Shown piece after piece: positions 50,336 through 59,305 of a DNA stretch of 64,000 nucleotides; position 1 is the first letter of the stretch, and each line of letters begins with the position of its first letter. Under the pieces are notes generated by a model. The model was not told the DNA's origin, did no database searches, and saw nothing but the letters and a program-made list of their open reading frames with translations. The translations under genes were made by a program, and so were the position numbers. The DNA is from an uncultured Acidobacteriota bacterium (GTDB lineage: Bacteria > Acidobacteriota > Polarisedimenticolia > Polarisedimenticolales > Polarisedimenticolaceae), in the NCBI GenBank assembly GCA_945787955.1, contig CALZKF010000004.1, forward strand, positions 500-64,499. Direction: 5' to 3'.

Positions 50336-51253
50336 TTGTACCCCTTTTGTCCGGTATCGGGGGGCAGGCCGTTGCGGTTGGATCTCCTTGCTTCTGTCGT
50401 CATCTGGGGATGGACCTTTGTTGCGACACGGGTCTGCCTGCAGGTTCTGACACCGGCGGAAGTGTTGACGCTCCGTCTGTGGATCGCCATCCCGGTTCTG
50501 GCGGTCATCGCCACAGTCCGGAAAAAGAGACTGTCCGTAACCGGTCGCGAGCTCGGCCCGTTGCTGACCGGGTCCGCCCTGCTGACTGCCCATTTCCTGG
50601 TGCAGATCACCGGGCTGAAGCACACATCGGCCACCAATACGGGCTGGATCATCGCCGCCATACCGCTGGTCATGGCGGTGCTGTCGTTCCTGATCCTTGG
50701 CGAACGGCTCGGGAAGCGGGAGCTGGCCGGCATCGCCATTGCAACCCTGGGGATCATCCTGCTGGTTTCCCGGGGACGGGTCGGGGATCTGGCCTGGTTG
50801 AAGAGCACCGGGGACTGGCTCATCCTTGCTTCCTGTCATACCTGGGCGCTGTTCACAATCGCCACACGGGATCTGACTCGGCGGCGGGACCCCCTGGTTG
50901 TGACCCTGTTGCTGATGATCCCCTCTGCGGTGGTGATGACATCCTGGACCTTCGTTCGGTCCGACACGGCACGATGGCTGGAACTGCCTGCCGAAGCGGT
51001 TGTGGCGCTGCTGTTCCTGGGGATCCTGGGCACCGCCGCCGCCCACCTGTTCTGGCAGCGCGGTGTTGCAGCCCTGGGTGCCTCCAGGGCCGGAATCTAC
51101 CTGTTCCTGGAGCCGCTGGCGACTACAGCTCTTGCGGTGCCGTACCTCCGTGAGCCGTTCGGACCGTTTACCGCCGTCGGCGGCGGGCTGGTTTTGCTCG
51201 GCGTGTGGTGGGCGTTTCGGAGGAAGGACGGTGCTTCCGGTCGATCAGGATGA
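50336..51253 (+). CDS. DMT-superfamily transporter (two EamA domains)
   Basis: 10-TM pattern with duplicated EamA-like halves. The TTG start at 50336 is uncertain. Confidence 0.8.
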   Translation: MYPFCPVSGGRPLRLDLLASVVIWGWTFVATRVCLQVLTPAEVLTLRLWIAIPVLAVIATVRKKRLSVTGRELGPLLTGSALLTAHFLVQITGLKHTSATNTGWIIAAIPLVMAVLSFLILGERLGKRELAGIAIATLGIILLVSRGRVGDLAWLKSTGDWLILASCHTWALFTIATRDLTRRRDPLVVTLLLMIPSAVVMTSWTFVRSDTARWLELPAEAVVALLFLGILGTAAAHLFWQRGVAALGASRAGIYLFLEPLATTALAVPYLREPFGPFTAVGGGLVLLGVWWAFRRKDGASGRSG

Positions 51254-51934
51254 AGTCAGGATGGTCTGCAGGCCGTTGACGTACTTGGAGAATCGGCCGA
51301 CCCGGACCGGGATGTCGGAGACGACCCGTCCCAGGTCACGGAACGATCTGTCCACAGCCTTCGCTTCCACAATCATCACGTCCGGCAGGTTGGCTTTGGC
51401 GGTTCGGTTGGGGCTGCGGGACAGGCGTTGGTCCAGTACGGCGAGGCCGGTGTCCAGCGTGATGCGGACCCGGCCGTCCCGAGAGACGAAATACTCCCTG
51501 TGATAGCGGTTGATGATCACCGGCTCAGGATGGTTGTCAAGCCACTGTTGTGCCTCCATGGGGAGGCGGTCGCGCAAATCGCGGCCGATCTGCCGCCAGG
51601 TCCGGCCGAGGAACGGCAGTCCCCGAACCGCATACGTGGTCTTCCAGCCGAGACGGTTCTTTTTCTGTTTCAATTCAAGCTTGCCGTCAAGGGCCGGCTT
51701 GTCGGAACCGTACCATCTCAGGCGGATCTTGGTGCGTTCGCTCACACCGGACAGGTTCTCGGCGTAAGTCACCAGGTCGAAGTTGTCGAAATAGACGTTG
51801 TTGACCCGCCGTGGCGGGTAGGCTACACGGAAACCCTCGGCGTGTGTCTTCACCCAGCCGTGCATTCTGTAAGCTTCGGGGCGGGGCACGACGAATTTGA
51901 TCTCGTACCGCAGATCATCCAGGGGAATCGTCAT
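51245..51934 (-). CDS. VTC-domain protein (polyphosphate-polymerase-like triphosphate tunnel fold)
   Basis: MTIPLDDLRYEIKFVV..., NVYFDN, IRLRWY and LELKQK strand signatures. ATG 51934 overlaps the upstream stop as ATGA. Confidence 0.8.
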   Translation of the reverse strand: MTIPLDDLRYEIKFVVPRPEAYRMHGWVKTHAEGFRVAYPPRRVNNVYFDNFDLVTYAENLSGVSERTKIRLRWYGSDKPALDGKLELKQKKNRLGWKTTYAVRGLPFLGRTWRQIGRDLRDRLPMEAQQWLDNHPEPVIINRYHREYFVSRDGRVRITLDTGLAVLDQRLSRSPNRTAKANLPDVMIVEAKAVDRSFRDLGRVVSDIPVRVGRFSKYVNGLQTILTSS

Positions 51935-53196
51935 TTTTTCATATACCCCTCTTTGTACAGGGCATCGACGTCCAGATCTTCCGCCGGGATCTCCCGCCCA
52001 TCCACAACCACTCTGCTGCCGGTCTGGGCGAGAGCCTTCTCGCCGGCGCCGGATACGTCGACTTTGTCGGCCACAAGTTCGGCCGGTCCGTACTCCGGCT
52101 TTTTTACGTACGCCATCAGCCCGACATGGACAATGCCGGTCATGACGCAATCGTGGATTGTTGTTGTAGAACGATCCTTGCTGACCACACCGGTGCCGGC
52201 GTTTTCAATCCGGATGAGGTTCGCGGAAAGCGTACTGGCCTCGCCGACGGAGATCGCCTTGTCTCTGATCTCGCGGAAGACCGTCCCTTCCACCTCGATG
52301 TCGGAACCGCTGAAATCGATCCCGTCCCCTCCGACGCGCTCCACGGTGCCACCTGTAATTCTGCCGTCGGAGAAGTCACCGTCGAAGGCATCGGAGCGAG
52401 TGTCGTTGAAATCGCAGTCGCTGAGCGAAAAGCTGCTCCGGATCGTGTTGAGGGCGTCTTCGGCTTTTGTGCCGAGGAAGGATACGTGATCCAGGTCGAT
52501 CCGGCTGTCGTGGAACGTAAGCCCTCCGGTCATGGTCCAGTCGCCCAGTCGAAATCCCGAGGTGTTGGTGATCTGCACCCAGGCCAGGCTGGAGGTCGCT
52601 CCATCACCCAGCACAAGGATGCCGGGCCAGCCAGCTTCGCCGCCACCGGAAGGTTTGAGGATGACCGGCTCGGTTTCGGTGCCGTTCATGACGACAGCGC
52701 CACGTACCAGGACCGCACATTCAGGTCCGAATCTCAGGGTCGTGCCGGCTTCAACCCGGAGTCCCGTGTCCCGGGGCAGGATCAGGGGGCGGTCTATCTC
52801 GAAGTTGCCGGGGCCGACCTGGAACATGCCGGTGGTCGCATCGAACGTCAGCAGGCCATGGTCGGCCAGCACCTCGTCGATAGTCGGATGCGGTATGGCC
52901 GGGGATACGGCCGCTTCCGGATACTCCATGGCGATGAATCGGTACTGTCGGTCCTGCCCGACGATTGAGGCGAGCCCTTCGATCAGGAGCGGACCAGGGT
53001 CGGCAGGCTGGACCGGCAGTTCCACACGGCGGTAGGCCGGGGAGCCGCCGAACGGTGTCGGCGGAAGTTCCAGGCTGTCCGGCAGGGTCAGGTCTTCCGG
53101 CTGAACCCGGATCTCACCGACGGAGACCTCAACAGGCAGGAGGTTGGCGAGCTCAAGGTACTGCCGGTCACCGGTCCGGATCAGCCGGGCCTGCAC
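51931..53196 (-). CDS. Right-handed parallel beta-helix domain; probable C-terminal part of the upstream CotH gene (frameshift)
   Basis: Repeated PbH1-like turns (GGLTFHDSRIDLDHVSF, DALNTIRSSFSLSDCDF, DAFDGDFSDGRITGGTV, GIDFSGSDIEVEGTVF, AISVGEASTLSANLIRI). The frame stays open and protein-like upstream of the GTG (..AFDPIIQRAEALQTVDNDALFGFGNALHTADTRYPQVV). Confidence 0.75.
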   Translation of the reverse strand: MQARLIRTGDRQYLELANLLPVEVSVGEIRVQPEDLTLPDSLELPPTPFGGSPAYRRVELPVQPADPGPLLIEGLASIVGQDRQYRFIAMEYPEAAVSPAIPHPTIDEVLADHGLLTFDATTGMFQVGPGNFEIDRPLILPRDTGLRVEAGTTLRFGPECAVLVRGAVVMNGTETEPVILKPSGGGEAGWPGILVLGDGATSSLAWVQITNTSGFRLGDWTMTGGLTFHDSRIDLDHVSFLGTKAEDALNTIRSSFSLSDCDFNDTRSDAFDGDFSDGRITGGTVERVGGDGIDFSGSDIEVEGTVFREIRDKAISVGEASTLSANLIRIENAGTGVVSKDRSTTTIHDCVMTGIVHVGLMAYVKKPEYGPAELVADKVDVSGAGEKALAQTGSRVVVDGREIPAEDLDVDALYKEGYMKK

Positions 53197-54452
53197 GACC
53201 TGCGGGTAACGTGTGTCGGCGGTGTGCAGGGCGTTGCCGAACCCGAACAGTGCGTCGTTGTCAACGGTCTGAAGAGCCTCTGCACGCTGGATGATCGGGT
53301 CGAATGCAGAGCACCGGCAAACTCGGATCGGACCCGGGGGTCCGCCAGGAAGCGGTGACAGATCGGCTCGTTCTCGAGCAGAAGATTGCGGTCGATGTGA
53401 TGGGCCTGCAGGTTCGCATCGAAGCCGATCGGTTCCAGTTCCCGATCCACAGGGTTGTAGTACAGCCGCAGGTTGTGCCAGCGGACGGCGTGGATGGAGC
53501 CCCAGATCTCCGAGAGAGCCAGGAAACGGCCCAGAAGTTTCTCGTCGAATACGTCGGAGGCCGGCAACCGCCCGTCCACAAATCCCCGGAGGAGGGCTCG
53601 CGCTTCACGGTAGTCTGAAGTCAGCGCCGGGCTTTTGGCGATCCGGCCGGTCTGGAAGGCTGAAATGGTGGCGGTTTTGTAGTTCTCGTAAGGTCCATGG
53701 GCTTTGTTGATCAGCATGTTTTCCCAGAAGAGTGACTCATCAAACTTCAGGACCACCCCTTCCCTGCGATCCTGGGATTCCAGCAACTCCTTGCTGAAAT
53801 GCTCCTCCAGGGCCATCAGACCCAACTCCTTGCCGTTCCTGACCACATTCACGAAGCTGTAGCGTGGCGCCAGGATGCCCTCATCCCGCAGCGAGTCCAT
53901 AAACAGCGGCTCGGCCTGGAAACCGCGGGTTTCAGGTGCCTGGATGGAAAACCGCCTCATACCGAGGATCGCATCACCGCCACGGACCTGGATCCGAAGG
54001 GACCATTTCTCGGTTTCCAGGTGATCGGGCAGGTCGCCCTTCAGCCGCAACCGCACCCGGTGGGTCGCCGATCCGTGCCGGATCTCGGCCCGCACCAGGT
54101 CATCGGAGCCGGTTACCAGCAGGCCCTGGGCCAGGGCCTCGTCCCGTTTCCGGTGGATCTGTTGCAGGCTCTCGAACGGAATATCCAGGATCAGTTTTTC
54201 GGGCTCGCTCCCTGAGGTTGCGGCCGCAAGCCAGCGCCCCGGCGCTCCGGCCACCGCCGCAACGGAGGATGCGACGGAAGCGCGGCCGGTCAGGGATTGG
54301 AGGTTGGGCCTGATGAAATCGAGGAACGCGAATCCGGCTGCGAACATCACGCCGGACCACACAGCCAGAAGCGCCAGAAGGATCACCAGTCGATATCGTC
54401 GACGTCCCGGCAGCATGGGGCGCTGCTTGTTCGTTCGGGATCGGATCAGCAT
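53181..54452 (-). CDS. CotH-family (atypical kinase fold) protein with N-terminal membrane anchor; the 3' end is out of frame
   Basis: TM anchor LVILLALLAVWSGVMFAAGFAF. CotH-like core (WSLRIQVRGG..., NVVRNGKELGLMALEEHF, WHNLRLYYNP). The last ~45 codons (HSTRSSSVQRLFRPLTTTHCSG...) are not protein-like. Confidence 0.75.
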   Translation of the reverse strand: MLIRSRTNKQRPMLPGRRRYRLVILLALLAVWSGVMFAAGFAFLDFIRPNLQSLTGRASVASSVAAVAGAPGRWLAAATSGSEPEKLILDIPFESLQQIHRKRDEALAQGLLVTGSDDLVRAEIRHGSATHRVRLRLKGDLPDHLETEKWSLRIQVRGGDAILGMRRFSIQAPETRGFQAEPLFMDSLRDEGILAPRYSFVNVVRNGKELGLMALEEHFSKELLESQDRREGVVLKFDESLFWENMLINKAHGPYENYKTATISAFQTGRIAKSPALTSDYREARALLRGFVDGRLPASDVFDEKLLGRFLALSEIWGSIHAVRWHNLRLYYNPVDRELEPIGFDANLQAHHIDRNLLLENEPICHRFLADPRVRSEFAGALHSTRSSSVQRLFRPLTTTHCSGSATPCTPPTHVTRRSCRPG

Positions 54453-54456
54453 GGAT

Positions 54457-55137
54457 CTAAACGCTTGGCAGGCGGTTTTGATCGATGAACGTCAGATCAA
54501 TTCCGGGGAACGCCACCCGCAGCTCGTCCAGCATGGTAACCAGGCTGGTTTCATGCTCGATGTCCACAAAGAAAGTCGCGTCAACCTGGCCTTCCGCCGT
54601 ATCGACCCGGCGCATATCCTGGGACAGAGTGTGCTTACCCAGGATCTCGGTCACCAGGTTGAGGAAATTGCCCTCGCCGACTTTTTCGCTGTACCGCACC
54701 GACAGAAACATGCTTTTCTGGTCGATCCGCCGCCCGGCACGTTTGTACACCGCTACGATCAAGAGGATGACCGCGGCGGCCATCAGCGTCGCTCCCCTTC
54801 GGTCCGCACCCAGTCCCAGTCCTACGGCGATCGCCATGAAAAGATAGGCCAGTTCTTCCGGCTCCTTGATCGGTGTCCGGAACCGGACGATCGACAGTGC
54901 ACCGACCAGGCCCAGTGAGAGGGCCAGGGAGGATTTCACGACACTGATGATGAGGATCGTGGTCAGCAGGATGAACGGAAAAACCTGGGCAAAGGCGCCT
55001 CGGTTCGAAAGGGTGGATGCGAATTTGCCGAAGTGCCACTTGAGGACGCCGGCGAGGATCGCGCCGATGACCAGGTTGATCAATAGATCGGTGATTGCCA
55101 GCGGCTCTCCCGACGACAAAAAGCTCAGTTCCTGCAT
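54457..55137 (-). CDS. DUF4956 family membrane protein
   Basis: 4-5 TM helices, the SIVRFRTPIKEPEELAYLF signature and a soluble C-terminal domain. ATG 55137; the track TTG is at 55143. Confidence 0.8.
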   Translation of the reverse strand: MQELSFLSSGEPLAITDLLINLVIGAILAGVLKWHFGKFASTLSNRGAFAQVFPFILLTTILIISVVKSSLALSLGLVGALSIVRFRTPIKEPEELAYLFMAIAVGLGLGADRRGATLMAAAVILLIVAVYKRAGRRIDQKSMFLSVRYSEKVGEGNFLNLVTEILGKHTLSQDMRRVDTAEGQVDATFFVDIEHETSLVTMLDELRVAFPGIDLTFIDQNRLPSV

Positions 55138-55219
55138 GTTCAATTCCTAGTAAATGGATATGCAATGCTTAAGCTGGAAATATACTCTACAGGAGTAGCC
55201 GGGACAATGGCGGATTACG

Positions 55220-55633
55220 TCATGCCAGAGGCTCCATGCCGGTCTTGCCTCCATACCGGGGCATATCGTCGGTAATTTCATGCCAGTCCGCCTTGTGATC
55301 GACGTAGACGTGGGCGCCGGGCGACCTCTCGATGTCGCCGTTGATCACCGCTCTGGCGATATGGATCTCGGATTCCCAGCGCGGCCCCTCGTAGAACAGG
55401 GTCGTGCCGCAGTGCCTGCAAAAGGAGCGGGTCGCGCCGGTGTCGGTCCGGTAACGCACCAGGTTTTCCTCACCGGCGGTGAATCGGAACTGCTGCACCG
55501 GGTAACCGACCCAGGTCACGAAAGCGGCGCCGTGAGCCCGGCGGCAGTTTTGGCAGTGGCAGTGGGCGCAAAAACGGCCGGGAGGTTCGACCTCGAACCG
55601 GATCGCCCCGCACAAGCAGTTCCCGTCATTCAT
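55220..55633 (-). CDS. GFA (glutathione-dependent formaldehyde-activating / CENP-V-like) family protein
   Basis: Cys-rich zinc sites CLCGAIRF, CHCQNC and FCRHCG. Confidence 0.85.
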   Translation of the reverse strand: MNDGNCLCGAIRFEVEPPGRFCAHCHCQNCRRAHGAAFVTWVGYPVQQFRFTAGEENLVRYRTDTGATRSFCRHCGTTLFYEGPRWESEIHIARAVINGDIERSPGAHVYVDHKADWHEITDDMPRYGGKTGMEPLA

Positions 55634-56307
55634 GGCGTCTCCCGGGGACGGCGGTACCAGGCAAAGTAATGCGGCACCGGCGGGTCCTGATCGTCGTCGT
55701 ACTCCACGAGATGCTGCCGAACAAGACCGGCTTTTTCAAAACCGTCGAGCTCATGGCGGTCCAGCGGCAGAGGGAACTCATCCTCCCTCTCGCCGGAGTT
55801 TCGACTGCGGCAGGAAACCAGTACCACACCGCCTGGTGCAACCATGCCTGCGATGGCGTTCAGTGCACGCAAGCGGTATTCACCGGGCAACGCCTGGATC
55901 GTGTTGCATTCGAACACCAGGTCGAACCCCGCTTTCCATTCAGGCGGGTGTTCGAACAGGTCGGCGACCAGGTAATCGACCCGGCTGTCCGGATAACGCT
56001 CGCGGCACATCCGGATGGCGGTTGGTGCGATATCGAAGGCGGTCACCCGGTAACCGCAGCCGGCCATCGCCTCGGCGTCATCTCCCAGGCCGCAGCCGAT
56101 GGTGATCGCCTGCTGTTCCGGTTTCGGGGCAGGATGATCCTTCATCCAGGACACCAGGTGGGGGCTGGGCGCAAGGTCGGCCCAGTGCACCGCGGAGAGA
56201 TCGTCGCCGGCGTTGCGGTAAACCGAATCGAACCAGCCGGTCGGGTCGTCCCTGTGGTGATGGGAGTCGACCATCTTCCGGAATTGTTTCTTTGCCGCGT
56301 CGTCCAT
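55630..56307 (-). CDS. Class I SAM-dependent methyltransferase (TPMT-like)
   Basis: ITIGCGLGDDAEAMA motif I and VTAFDIAP. ATGA overlap with the GFA gene. Confidence 0.8.
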   Translation of the reverse strand: MDDAAKKQFRKMVDSHHHRDDPTGWFDSVYRNAGDDLSAVHWADLAPSPHLVSWMKDHPAPKPEQQAITIGCGLGDDAEAMAGCGYRVTAFDIAPTAIRMCRERYPDSRVDYLVADLFEHPPEWKAGFDLVFECNTIQALPGEYRLRALNAIAGMVAPGGVVLVSCRSRNSGEREDEFPLPLDRHELDGFEKAGLVRQHLVEYDDDQDPPVPHYFAWYRRPRETP

Positions 56308-56433
56308 ATGACCTTCAACTTACCAGTTCAAGCCGTCCGGGTCTAACGTAGCAGCCGCGGGCCCGGAGGTGCGTCCGCTTCAGCCGGGTCACTGATTGGG
56401 AGGCTTTTTCCATGAATATTTTGGAGCGTGTAT

Positions 56434-56823
56434 TCAATTGACGGCAAACGGTTCGCTCAAGGTAAAGGTGCCGATGGCGATCTCGAACATGTTTCCGTCC
56501 GTATCCCTCATGAGGTAGCTGCCGGACATGGTGCCGAAGGAGGTCGGCAGGGGACAGAACGACGTGTACTCGTGTGCCGCACCGGACTCCAGCACCGGTT
56601 GCCGCCCGACCACCCCTTCGCCACGGACGTGTTCCTCCTGGCCGTCGGCGTCGGTGATGATCCAGTGCCGGCTGACTAGTTGCACGGTTCGGTCGCTCTC
56701 ATTCGTGATCCTGATGTGATAGGCGAACAACCAGCGCTTCTGTTCAGGCTCGGATTGCTCCGGAACATACTCCGCCCGTACTTCGACCCGGATTCCATCG
56801 GTTACGGCCTCGGATATGGACAT
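56434..56823 (-). CDS. apaG: ApaG (DUF525) protein
   Basis: FAYHIRITNES..., RHWIITDADG, GEGVVGRQPVL and the C-terminal GTFTL pattern. Confidence 0.88.
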   Translation of the reverse strand: MSISEAVTDGIRVEVRAEYVPEQSEPEQKRWLFAYHIRITNESDRTVQLVSRHWIITDADGQEEHVRGEGVVGRQPVLESGAAHEYTSFCPLPTSFGTMSGSYLMRDTDGNMFEIAIGTFTLSEPFAVN

Positions 56824-56836
56824 CTCGCCTCCAGAC

Positions 56837-59305
56837 TCATTCAGGCCGGTAACCGGCTTGCTCTACAGCGGTTCGCATCGCTTCCGGTCCGGTCCGTTTC
56901 GGGTCATAACGTACCCGGGCAGTCCCCGGTTCCAGGACAACTTCCACGTTCAGGATCCCGGGAAGTTTACCAAGGGCGCGCTCTACGTGGCCAACACAGT
57001 TCATGCAGGTCATGCCCCCGACGTTGAATACGGTCTCTGCTTCTGATTTTTCAGGATCCATCGTCGCTCCGTCCTCCTGGTCGCGAAACCGGCGCAGGCG
57101 CAAGCTGTTGCCCACCACCGATACGCTGGAGGCCGCCATGGCCGCCGAGGCGATCACCGGTGAGAGCAACCAGCCGGTCCAGGGGTACAGTAATCCGGCA
57201 GCAACAGGAATGCCCAATATGTTATAGCCGAAAGCCCAGGCCAGGTTCTGCCGGATCGTCCGCAGGGTCTGCCGGGACAGGCGCAGAGCGGTGAGGATCG
57301 CCGTTAGTCCCGGCCGCACCAGGGTGATGTCCGAGGCCGCCTGAGCGACATCGGTGCCGGTGCCGATGGCGATCCCGAGGTCGGCCTGGGCCAGGGCCGG
57401 GGCGTCGTTGATACCGTCTCCGACCATGGCGACCCGGCCTTCCTGTTGCAGCTTTCGGATGGTTTCCAGCTTCTGGTGGGGCAGGACCTGGGCCACGACC
57501 TCATCGATGCCGACGCTCCCGGCCACGGCCCGGGCTGTTTCAAGGTTGTCCCCGGTGAGCATGACCACGCGCAGTCCCGACTCGCGCAGGCGGCGAACCG
57601 TCTCCGCCGCCTCGCTCCGGGGCGGATCGGCCACCGCTACAAGGCCTGCGGGGGTCCGGTCTACCGCCACCTGGATCACGGTTCGTCCCAGCGCCTCCAT
57701 CCGCCGGGCTTCCGGCTCCAGCACCGAAGTATCGACTTCCTCATCACGCAACAGGCGACCGGTCCCTGCCACGACACGGTGGCCGTCGACCGTGGCCACC
57801 AGACCGAAGCCTGGGCGGGCCTCGAACCCGGTTGCAGGCGGAATATCGATGTGGCGCTCCCGGGCGGCGGCCAGGATCGCTCCGGCCAGAGGGTGTTCCG
57901 AGAGCGCCTCGGCACCGGCCGCCAGTTGAAGCAAACGGGAGCGGTCCGGGCCGCCCGGGGCAACGAACAGATCGGTAACCTCCGGCCGGCCCAGTGTCAG
58001 GGTACCGGTCTTGTCCAGCACGATGGTGTCGATCCTCCCTGCCGCTTCCAGCGGGGCGCCGCCCTTGATCAGGATGCCGAGTTCGGCTCCCCGCGTAGTT
58101 CCCACCAGGATCGCCGTCGGTGTGGCCAGGCCCATGGCGCAGGGGCAGGCGATGATCAGGACCGAGACGGCGTTGATCACGGCAAAGGCCATCCGGTTGT
58201 CGCCGTCATAGAGGAACAACCATCCCAGGAATGTAGCTGCTGCGGCCAGGAGCACCACCGGGACAAACACGGCGCTGACCCGGTCCGCCAGCCGCTGGAT
58301 AGGAGCCGACGAAGCCTGAGCGTCCTCCACCAGCCGGATTATCTGCTGCAGGACCGTATCCTCCCCGGTGCGGGTGACACGGAACAGGAATGATCCGTTG
58401 CCGTTGATGGTGGCGCCGGTGACCGGGTCGCCGGGCCCCTTGGCCACCGGCATGCTCTCCCCGGTGACTATCGCCTCGTCCACGACGGTCTCGCCCTTCA
58501 CGATCTCCCCGTCCAAAGGGACTGCTTCCCCCGGCCTGACACGGACCATCTCCCCGGGAACCACCTGTTCCACCGCAACCGTCCGTTCGGTTCCGTCACG
58601 AGTAACTTGGGCGGTGCGGGGCTGGAGGGACGCCAGCCTGCGCAATGCCTCGGTACTTTTCTTCCGTGCCCGGGCTTCCAGCAGGTTCCCGAACAGTACG
58701 AGGATTATGATCGCCGCCGTCGCTTCGAAATAAATCGGCGGCTTGTCCACACCGGTGGCGGCACCCAGTCGGTCGGGCGCCAGCGTGGCGGCCAGGGAGT
58801 ACAGGAAGGCGGCGCCGGTCCCCAATGCCACCAGCGAGTTCATGTTGGAGCTGCGGTGCAGCAGGGCTGCCCAGGCTCGCCGGTAGAACGGACCGCCGCC
58901 CAACAGCAGCACCATGGCGGTTAAAGCAAGCTGTATGAACCGTTCCCCCGGGAGATGAAGCGCCCCGTGAGACATGCCCAGTACGATGACCGGAATGCCG
59001 AACAGGGATGCGACGATGAGCCGGCGCCGCAATTCTGCGGTCTCCGCATCCTCCAGGGACCGGGCCGGGCGTCCCGGGGTTTCCCCGGTGGCCAGCTCGT
59101 ACCCCGCTTGCCGGACCACGCTGTCCAGCCGTTCCGCCGTGACCCGGTCCGGCCGGTAAACCAGGGAGACCTTCCGGGTGGCGAAGTTCACTACCGCCTC
59201 GTCGACGCCGGGAGTGGAGCGCAATGCATCTTCCACGTGCCGGGCGCAGCTGGCGCAGGTCATCCCGCCAACCGGATACGTCACCTGCCGGGCCGGTGGC
59301 TGCAC
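56837..59305 (-). CDS. copA: Copper-translocating P1B-type ATPase with N- and C-terminal HMA domains
   Basis: GMTCASC (N-terminal HMA), CPC in TM6, DKTGTLT, MLTGDN, GDGINDAP, plus a terminal GMTCMNC HMA domain. GTG start at 59305. Confidence 0.9.
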   Translation of the reverse strand: MQPPARQVTYPVGGMTCASCARHVEDALRSTPGVDEAVVNFATRKVSLVYRPDRVTAERLDSVVRQAGYELATGETPGRPARSLEDAETAELRRRLIVASLFGIPVIVLGMSHGALHLPGERFIQLALTAMVLLLGGGPFYRRAWAALLHRSSNMNSLVALGTGAAFLYSLAATLAPDRLGAATGVDKPPIYFEATAAIIILVLFGNLLEARARKKSTEALRRLASLQPRTAQVTRDGTERTVAVEQVVPGEMVRVRPGEAVPLDGEIVKGETVVDEAIVTGESMPVAKGPGDPVTGATINGNGSFLFRVTRTGEDTVLQQIIRLVEDAQASSAPIQRLADRVSAVFVPVVLLAAAATFLGWLFLYDGDNRMAFAVINAVSVLIIACPCAMGLATPTAILVGTTRGAELGILIKGGAPLEAAGRIDTIVLDKTGTLTLGRPEVTDLFVAPGGPDRSRLLQLAAGAEALSEHPLAGAILAAARERHIDIPPATGFEARPGFGLVATVDGHRVVAGTGRLLRDEEVDTSVLEPEARRMEALGRTVIQVAVDRTPAGLVAVADPPRSEAAETVRRLRESGLRVVMLTGDNLETARAVAGSVGIDEVVAQVLPHQKLETIRKLQQEGRVAMVGDGINDAPALAQADLGIAIGTGTDVAQAASDITLVRPGLTAILTALRLSRQTLRTIRQNLAWAFGYNILGIPVAAGLLYPWTGWLLSPVIASAAMAASSVSVVGNSLRLRRFRDQEDGATMDPEKSEAETVFNVGGMTCMNCVGHVERALGKLPGILNVEVVLEPGTARVRYDPKRTGPEAMRTAVEQAGYRPE

